The translations under genes and the position numbers were made by a program. Shown here piece after piece: positions 48,897-55,018 of a DNA stretch of 55,018 nt (its first letter is position 1; the number at the start of each line of letters is the position of its first letter). Source of the DNA: a virus (taxonomy: Duplodnaviria > Caudoviricetes); IMG/VR virus record IMGVR_UViG_3300032220_001325, positions 1 through 55,018 of that record; one strand, written 5' to 3'. The notes below the pieces were generated by a model that did not search any database, had not been told where the DNA came from, and was given only the letters and a program-made list of their open reading frames with translations.

Positions 48897-50717
48897 ATGA
48901 GCGAATTAAAAGACGAAAAAAACAGTAATAGTAATTTCTGGTCGACTGCAAGAGTTGAAAAATTAATGCGTGATGCGGAGGATAAAGGGGTAGAATACAA
49001 GGATGTGGATAATCCATTTCACGAAAATGAGCCAGATCTCAGAAGAGGAAACGTTCTTTTTGAATATACAGATTGGGAATTAGACGAAATAAAAAAATGC
49101 GCATCAGATGTGGTTTATTTTGCTAATAACTACTGTAAAGTTATGACGGATGATGGAATCCGACAAATTTTACTCCGCGACTATCAAGTACAAATCTTAA
49201 GACAATATCAAACACACAGAAAAAACGTTTTTGTTTCTCCTAGACAATCGGGTAAAACGATAACTTCTTCTATATTCCTACTATGGTATCTTCTTTTCAA
49301 TTTTGAGAAAAATGCCATGATTATGGCAAATATCGGGGATACAGCTGCAGAGTTAATGGACAAGATTAAGGTTATCATGAAAGGTCTTCCTTTCTTCCTT
49401 AAACCTGGTATCATGATTTATAACGTTATGACAATGAAATTTGATAACGGCTGTAGGATAATGGCAAAAACAACAACTAAAACATCCTCAATCGGTTATA
49501 CCATTCACATGTTATACATGGATGAGTTTGCACACATTAATCCTAATTTTATAAATAGCTTTTTTAAATCAGTTTATCCCACTATATCATCATCTTTAAT
49601 ATCGAGGGTTATTATTACCTCCACACCTAACGGGATGAATAAGTTCTGGGAAATCTACAAAGGAGCTATAGATGGAGAGAATGAGTTCAATCCTATTAGG
49701 GTTGAATGGTGGCAGGTTCCAGGAAGAGACGAAGAATGGAAGAAAAAAGAAATAGCTACATTAGGATCTGAAGAAGACTTTAACCAGGAATATGGTTGTC
49801 AATTCCTTTCCTCTTCCAGGCTCCTTCTAGATTCACAGACCTTAAAAAGATTAAAAACAAACGAGGAGGAATTTACATTCAGGGAATTATCTCCATTTTA
49901 CTCGAGCCCGTTAGATTACTCGAATCTTATATGGCACCCTAAATTTGATCCTTGTTCTATTTTCGAAAAGGACAATCAGAAATTTTATGTAGTTGTTGAT
50001 ACTGCAGGCGGTGGGGGAGGTAGTGGTGACTACTCTGTTGTAAACATCTTCAAGGTAGCTCCTATGCCTAGCTCCATTATAAAAAATAAAAAGTTCTTTG
50101 AAGACGAGAGCGATTTCTTTTGCTTGTTACAGATAGGAATTTTTAGGTCTAATACCATACAGATAGATGAGCTTAAGGTTTTTATGGAAATCTTAATAGT
50201 GCATGTTCTAGGACCAGAAAATACAAGAATTGTAGTAGAGGTAGATTACAAAGGAGAGATGCTAATGGATAAGCTTCTTGATTGCGAAGATTTTTATGAC
50301 GAGATGTTTGTTTATACTAAACATTCAGAAGCTTCCGCTAAATTAAAACCCGGAGTAAAACTTACAGTTAGAAACAAGGAAAAATTCTGTTACGATCTTA
50401 AAGTTAACACAAGATCCTATAAAATAATTCCATCAGAAAAAAACACAATCCACGAATTGACAAATTTTGGGATGAATAATAATGGGAGTTTTACTAGCCA
50501 AATAGGGAAAGATGATATAGCAATGACTCTTGTTGATGTGAACTGTATTTTTGAAAATGGAGATTTCCAAGAAATAGTCAGTGATCTTTATGATTTATTG
50601 CCAGAGAAATTTAAAAAAATGATAGAGGAAAGACTCTCTGAGTCATCTGATGCAGCATCTAATAAGCAAGGGGAAATTTCAAACTATACTTTCTTAAATG
50701 GCCTCCTTGATTCCTAG
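48897..50717 (+). CDS. terL: Terminase large subunit (T4 gp17-like)
   Basis: LRDYQ, SPRQSGKT, YMDEFAH, STPNG, FNQEYGCQF, nuclease VDTAGG and KDD. Confidence 0.93.
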   Translation: MSELKDEKNSNSNFWSTARVEKLMRDAEDKGVEYKDVDNPFHENEPDLRRGNVLFEYTDWELDEIKKCASDVVYFANNYCKVMTDDGIRQILLRDYQVQILRQYQTHRKNVFVSPRQSGKTITSSIFLLWYLLFNFEKNAMIMANIGDTAAELMDKIKVIMKGLPFFLKPGIMIYNVMTMKFDNGCRIMAKTTTKTSSIGYTIHMLYMDEFAHINPNFINSFFKSVYPTISSSLISRVIITSTPNGMNKFWEIYKGAIDGENEFNPIRVEWWQVPGRDEEWKKKEIATLGSEEDFNQEYGCQFLSSSRLLLDSQTLKRLKTNEEEFTFRELSPFYSSPLDYSNLIWHPKFDPCSIFEKDNQKFYVVVDTAGGGGGSGDYSVVNIFKVAPMPSSIIKNKKFFEDESDFFCLLQIGIFRSNTIQIDELKVFMEILIVHVLGPENTRIVVEVDYKGEMLMDKLLDCEDFYDEMFVYTKHSEASAKLKPGVKLTVRNKEKFCYDLKVNTRSYKIIPSEKNTIHELTNFGMNNNGSFTSQIGKDDIAMTLVDVNCIFENGDFQEIVSDLYDLLPEKFKKMIEERLSESSDAASNKQGEISNYTFLNGLLDS

Positions 50718-50796
50718 AGGAAGTATGATATATAGATAGAAAAAGAAGTCCTAGTAAAAGAACTTCTTTGATATATACAAAAAATAAAATCTAAAG

Positions 50797-53700
50797 ATGG
50801 CCAAACAAGTTAAACTTGATTTATCAGTATTTAAAGCATCTGGAGTTTATACTCTTGAATTTGATGCTTCTGAGAACATCATAATTAATCCGCAAACAAT
50901 AAGATTGGTAGTAGGGTATTCTAATATTGGACCTTTCAACACTCCAGTATACTGCCCTGATATCACCACATTCCAAACGATCTTCGGTGGAATAGACAAA
51001 ACCCTAGAGAAAAAGGGGTCTTTCTTCCATAGATCAGTTTTAACATGCTTGCAGTCAGGCCCTGTTTTTGCTTTAAATCTTAGAATTTTAAATAATACTG
51101 TAGATGAAGTAACTCAAGATCCAGATTATGCAGCTGGTGCAGACGTTTCAAGATATAGAGCTTTCTCTATGGATACAGAGGAGCAAAATGGAGCTAATGC
51201 AACTGGAGGATATTCAGATCCTTTAACAAAGCAAGACAAACTTGTTTCTTCTTATTACAATAAAGAGAAATTCTGGTTCCCATCTACCGAATATTTCTTA
51301 GCTACTGAAGACACTTCAGGATCTAGACCTGATTCAAGCAAACTATTTAGTATTGTTAATCTTGGTCAAAACCCAGTAAGTGTAATAGTAAGAAAATCTT
51401 TAGACTCAACTTTCCCTTTAAGAGGATTTGATATAACTGCAAGAGAATACTTCGGACCAGACAACGTTCCTGCTTACATGGATCAATATGATTACCTATC
51501 AGATTGGTTTATAGATGTTATAGTAATTAGCGGAAATTGGACTGATTACCAAGCATTAGCAAACGACCCAGTTTATAGCGGATTCTTCACAAGCAAAGGA
51601 TTTATTAAATCTAAAATAGACGATTTCTTAGCTCAAGACGGTATAAATCTTGTACTAACTGCAACTGGTACTATCATTCCTAACTTCACAGATCAAAATG
51701 GAACTTTAAGGTATATTCAAACACTTATCAATAATCAAACTCCATCTACTGGTATATTCTGTTCAGTAAACGAAGAAGCTTTGGATGATCTTTTAAATAA
51801 TCCTTCTGTTTTCGATCTAGTTGGTCACCATATAATTGACGAGGTAGGACCAGATGCTGATATTACAGTTACACCTAAGAATCTAAATTTCCTTTCATAT
51901 AGTCAAAATCTTTTTGCAGATTACACATACTATAGAAATGTAGATGGTGCAACTGGTGGTACTGCTATAGCAGATACTGGAATTTCACCTAATACAGGAC
52001 TTGATCAATTACCAGAAACAGGACCTCTTTTAGAAGACATCCTATTTAATGCTAGTACGTATGCAGGTATTCCTGTTACAGATTTTGATACATGGACTTT
52101 ATCTAGCAGTAAGATTAATTTGGACACTAAGTTCACTAACCCTACTAACCATGACGATCAAATAACAACATTACAGGAATTCATTACTGAATCAACAACA
52201 GCTCCTGCAGCAAGATGGATTTTAGGAAAAGTTACTTCTTCTATACCTACGCCAGGATATTTAGGATTCTACGAAGGTGATCTAGTTAAATTAAAGATCA
52301 TATCTAGTGAATTAATCACTAACTCAACTTTAGCTACTGGTGTTCAAACACAGGTTAGAATGAAGCTTACTCACCCTCTTATTGGTTCTACTTTAGGTAC
52401 AACATATGTTGAGCCTTGGTATGAAACAAATAAAAGTACAGTGGATGCTTATCAAATAGGTACTCCAGATTATTTCGATAGAGATGACGTATTCTTCTCT
52501 CCTGATATTCCAGTAGGTGACGATAGCTTCTTAGCTTATGAAAATTCTAATGCCTATAGAGATTGGGTTAAAGGTAACATCGGAGACGGTGACATAGATT
52601 GGAAAGATGATACAGGTACTTTATTACAATATCTAAAGTTTGAGCAAAACGTAGATAGAGACGGATTTAATATCCTAGTAGTTAGAGCTTTCTCAGACGA
52701 AGCATTAACTACACCAGAAGCTATTGCTAACTGGAATACAACTTATATTAGCTCTTTACCTGTAGGGACAAATCAAACATCAGGTACTAGCTTTAATATA
52801 GTTTCTACAGCTGGTAATATAAGCGATTACGTTGATATTATTACTCAATTACAACCAAACGTTGTTGAGCTTACTAATGCAATTGCTATTTCTTCTGGAA
52901 TTAAGGTTGGAGATCTACTAGTTTCTACTGACGTTCAGATCTATGACAATCCTTTAAACGAGAATCTTCAATCAAGATTGACCAGAGTTATAGAGGTTAA
53001 AAAAGTTGCTTCATCCGCTTCACCTGGAATTTATACTGTACAGGTTAAGACTGAAAGACCTATTAAACTATATCCTGGAACTTACTCAAGAGTTTGGAAA
53101 TTCAAGTCAATCCAAGAGTTTGTTAATACATTTAATTTCACATATCTTCCTGGATCCGCTATTAAAGCAGCTTCTGTACCTAACGGAACTGATACAAGAA
53201 TGAATGAGATCTACGACGTTCTTTATAACACTAACTTAGCAAGAACACTAGCTGATACAGACGTTATTACATTCAGATATATTGTAGATACATTTGATGG
53301 AGGTATACAACCAAACTGTAAATATCAACTTACTAAGCTTGCTAAGAACAGACAAAAATGTATGGCAATCTGTAACGCTCCTTCAATGGCTAAGTTTGCA
53401 GATTCTACAGATCCTAGATTTACTTCTGCTCCAACTGCTACAGATCCGGCTCCAATATTACAGCCAAGATACATTGCAGATGGTGGTAACTTAAGTTTAA
53501 ATCCTTCATTTACTTTCTCTTTACCAGACGAGGATCTTGGAGCTAAATTCTCAGGTTTCTTTGCTCCTTTCTTGACTATCAGAGAGAACAATAAGAACTT
53601 AAACGTTCCTCCTGCAGCATACGTTTCTAATAACTTCATCCGTAAGTTTATCACAGGTGAACCTTATTCAATCGTAGCAGGTGTGAAAAGAGGTATAATC

Positions 53701-54192
53701 TCAGCAAGTAACTTAGTAGGTCTTGAGTATGACTTTGATTTACAAGATAGAGAGTACTTAGAGCCATTTGGTATCAATCCTATCATCAGAAAAAGAGGAA
53801 TAGGTGTGGTTATTTACGGTAACCAAACAAGCTACCAAAGAACTAATTCAGCTTTCAACAATCTACACGTTAGAGATCTTCTAATCACTATCGAAAGTGC
53901 TATAGAACAAATTCTATCTAATTACGTATTTGACTTCAACGAAGATTCGGTTAGATTGGAGATTAAGACATTGGTTGATAACTACTTAACTGGAGTAAGA
54001 TCCGTAGGAGGTATCTATAATTATTTAACAATTATGGATTCTTCAAATAATACCCCTGCTATCATCGATCAAAATATCGGAATCATCGATGTTATTATCG
54101 AACCAGCAAGAGGTATCCACAAGTTTATTAACCGTATGACAGTAACTAGAACTGGAGGTATTGCTTCTGGAGGATTTTTACAATTTAGTTAA
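50797..54192 (+). CDS. Tail sheath protein (T4 gp18-like) with large insertion
   Basis: SGVYTLEFD, GPFNTPV, GINPI, HVRDL, FDFNE, IDQNIGIIDVIIEP. Confidence 0.9.
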   Translation: MAKQVKLDLSVFKASGVYTLEFDASENIIINPQTIRLVVGYSNIGPFNTPVYCPDITTFQTIFGGIDKTLEKKGSFFHRSVLTCLQSGPVFALNLRILNNTVDEVTQDPDYAAGADVSRYRAFSMDTEEQNGANATGGYSDPLTKQDKLVSSYYNKEKFWFPSTEYFLATEDTSGSRPDSSKLFSIVNLGQNPVSVIVRKSLDSTFPLRGFDITAREYFGPDNVPAYMDQYDYLSDWFIDVIVISGNWTDYQALANDPVYSGFFTSKGFIKSKIDDFLAQDGINLVLTATGTIIPNFTDQNGTLRYIQTLINNQTPSTGIFCSVNEEALDDLLNNPSVFDLVGHHIIDEVGPDADITVTPKNLNFLSYSQNLFADYTYYRNVDGATGGTAIADTGISPNTGLDQLPETGPLLEDILFNASTYAGIPVTDFDTWTLSSSKINLDTKFTNPTNHDDQITTLQEFITESTTAPAARWILGKVTSSIPTPGYLGFYEGDLVKLKIISSELITNSTLATGVQTQVRMKLTHPLIGSTLGTTYVEPWYETNKSTVDAYQIGTPDYFDRDDVFFSPDIPVGDDSFLAYENSNAYRDWVKGNIGDGDIDWKDDTGTLLQYLKFEQNVDRDGFNILVVRAFSDEALTTPEAIANWNTTYISSLPVGTNQTSGTSFNIVSTAGNISDYVDIITQLQPNVVELTNAIAISSGIKVGDLLVSTDVQIYDNPLNENLQSRLTRVIEVKKVASSASPGIYTVQVKTERPIKLYPGTYSRVWKFKSIQEFVNTFNFTYLPGSAIKAASVPNGTDTRMNEIYDVLYNTNLARTLADTDVITFRYIVDTFDGGIQPNCKYQLTKLAKNRQKCMAICNAPSMAKFADSTDPRFTSAPTATDPAPILQPRYIADGGNLSLNPSFTFSLPDEDLGAKFSGFFAPFLTIRENNKNLNVPPAAYVSNNFIRKFITGEPYSIVAGVKRGIISASNLVGLEYDFDLQDREYLEPFGINPIIRKRGIGVVIYGNQTSYQRTNSAFNNLHVRDLLITIESAIEQILSNYVFDFNEDSVRLEIKTLVDNYLTGVRSVGGIYNYLTIMDSSNNTPAIIDQNIGIIDVIIEPARGIHKFINRMTVTRTGGIASGGFLQFS

Positions 54193-54238
54193 TCAATTTG
54201 AAGGTTAATTATAAGTGTAAATATATAAATTAAACAAA

Positions 54239-54811
54239 ATGGCAGGACTACCACACTATACAAGTTCAAAGGCTTCGATTAATAAATTCGAACCTGTTTT
54301 CCTTAACCAGTTTGAGGTGACTATCACTCCTCCACCGGGTGTGCCTGCTCCGCAGGGTAACCCTGGAAGTGGTAACATCCTTCTCGAACAGGTGACTAGA
54401 ATTTCGGGATTACAAGTTGATCAGAACCCAGGTGAAATCACACAGCAATACAAATTTGCTAAAAGATATTACTCAGGTGCTGCTCCACAAAGAACAGGAT
54501 TGGACGTAGACATCGAATTTGAAGTAAACCTCGATGATAACAATTCAATGTACGTTTTTAAGATATTACGTCAATGGTCGGATTTAATTTACAATCCACT
54601 AACTGGCGCAATGGGACTAAAGAACAATTACACAGGGAATATTCTAATAAGCGTTTTCAATAAACAAGGGGATGTTTATAGAAGAATTAACCTTAAGGAT
54701 TGCTTTCCAATGTCACCTATCACTGAAATGGCTTTGAATTATACACAAACAGGTATATACAAATTGAATGTTACTTGGGCGGTAGATTACTTTGACGACA
54801 TATTCATCTAA
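54239..54811 (+). CDS. Tail tube protein (T4 gp19-like)
   Basis: Follows sheath gene; NQFEVTI, RQWSDLIYNPLTG, DCFP, WAVDYF. Confidence 0.85.
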   Translation: MAGLPHYTSSKASINKFEPVFLNQFEVTITPPPGVPAPQGNPGSGNILLEQVTRISGLQVDQNPGEITQQYKFAKRYYSGAAPQRTGLDVDIEFEVNLDDNNSMYVFKILRQWSDLIYNPLTGAMGLKNNYTGNILISVFNKQGDVYRRINLKDCFPMSPITEMALNYTQTGIYKLNVTWAVDYFDDIFI

Positions 54812-54821
54812 TTAAAAGAAA

Positions 54822-55002
54822 ATGGCAGGATTACCACATTTTAGCTCTTCTAAAGCAGCAGTTCAATTATACGAACCAGTTTACCTCAATCAATTTGAGG
54901 TTCTCATCCAGCCTCCTGCTGGTATATCTAACCCATTGGGTAATGGAGGGAGAACTCTTTTAGTAGAGAATGTTCTTTCAATTACTGGATTGGCGGTAGA
55001 TA
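54822..55002 (+). CDS. Second tail-tube paralog, 3' truncated
   Basis: MAGLPHFSSSKAAVQLYEPVYLNQFEVLIQPP closely parallels the previous ORF N-terminus. Confidence 0.8.
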
Positions 55003-55018
55003 AGATCGGAAGAGCACA
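55003..55018 (+). other. Illumina adapter remnant (assembly artifact)
   Basis: AGATCGGAAGAGCACA is the start of the TruSeq adapter. Confidence 0.9.

Noticed and set aside
52231-52238. GTTACTTC inside the tail sheath gene
   Set aside because: No upstream AGC loop motif or flanking stems; chance match in coding DNA.
55003-55018. Terminal sequence AGATCGGAAGAGCACA
   Set aside because: Illumina adapter, not biological.

Overview
Fragment of a large AT-rich T4-like (myovirus) phage genome. The host is probably Bacteroidota, based on TAnnTTTG promoters and GTTCTTTGACAT boxA sites. Left end (1-11.7 kb): collagen-like Gly-X-Thr tail-fibre and virion genes. Middle (11.7-38 kb): accessory genes, two TROVE/Ro60 paralogs and 29 conventional tRNA genes in three arrays covering all 20 amino acids. 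Right end (38-55 kb): UvsX, gp41 helicase, gp47/gp46, gp15, gp14-like neck, large terminase, tail sheath and two tail-tube paralogs. Two systems stand out. (1) Each tRNA array is preceded by a short leader ORF, an antiterminator/terminator pair and a boxA. The leader codons match the anticodons of the array downstream, which suggests ribosome-mediated attenuation of phage tRNA operons. (2) Ten ncRNAs share a conserved base-paired handle (stem-(T/A)GC(A/G)(A/G)-stem-TTACTTC ... stem-TTCT-stem) and cluster around the two Ro60 genes. Their cargo varies: circularly permuted tRNAs with different break points, whole tRNAs, lone anticodon hairpins, and one CCA-ending tRNA-Tyr with the handle inserted. 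They look like an expanded, modular Y-RNA/YrlA-like family. All structures and protein families were read by eye and no searches were run. The last 16 nt are Illumina adapter.
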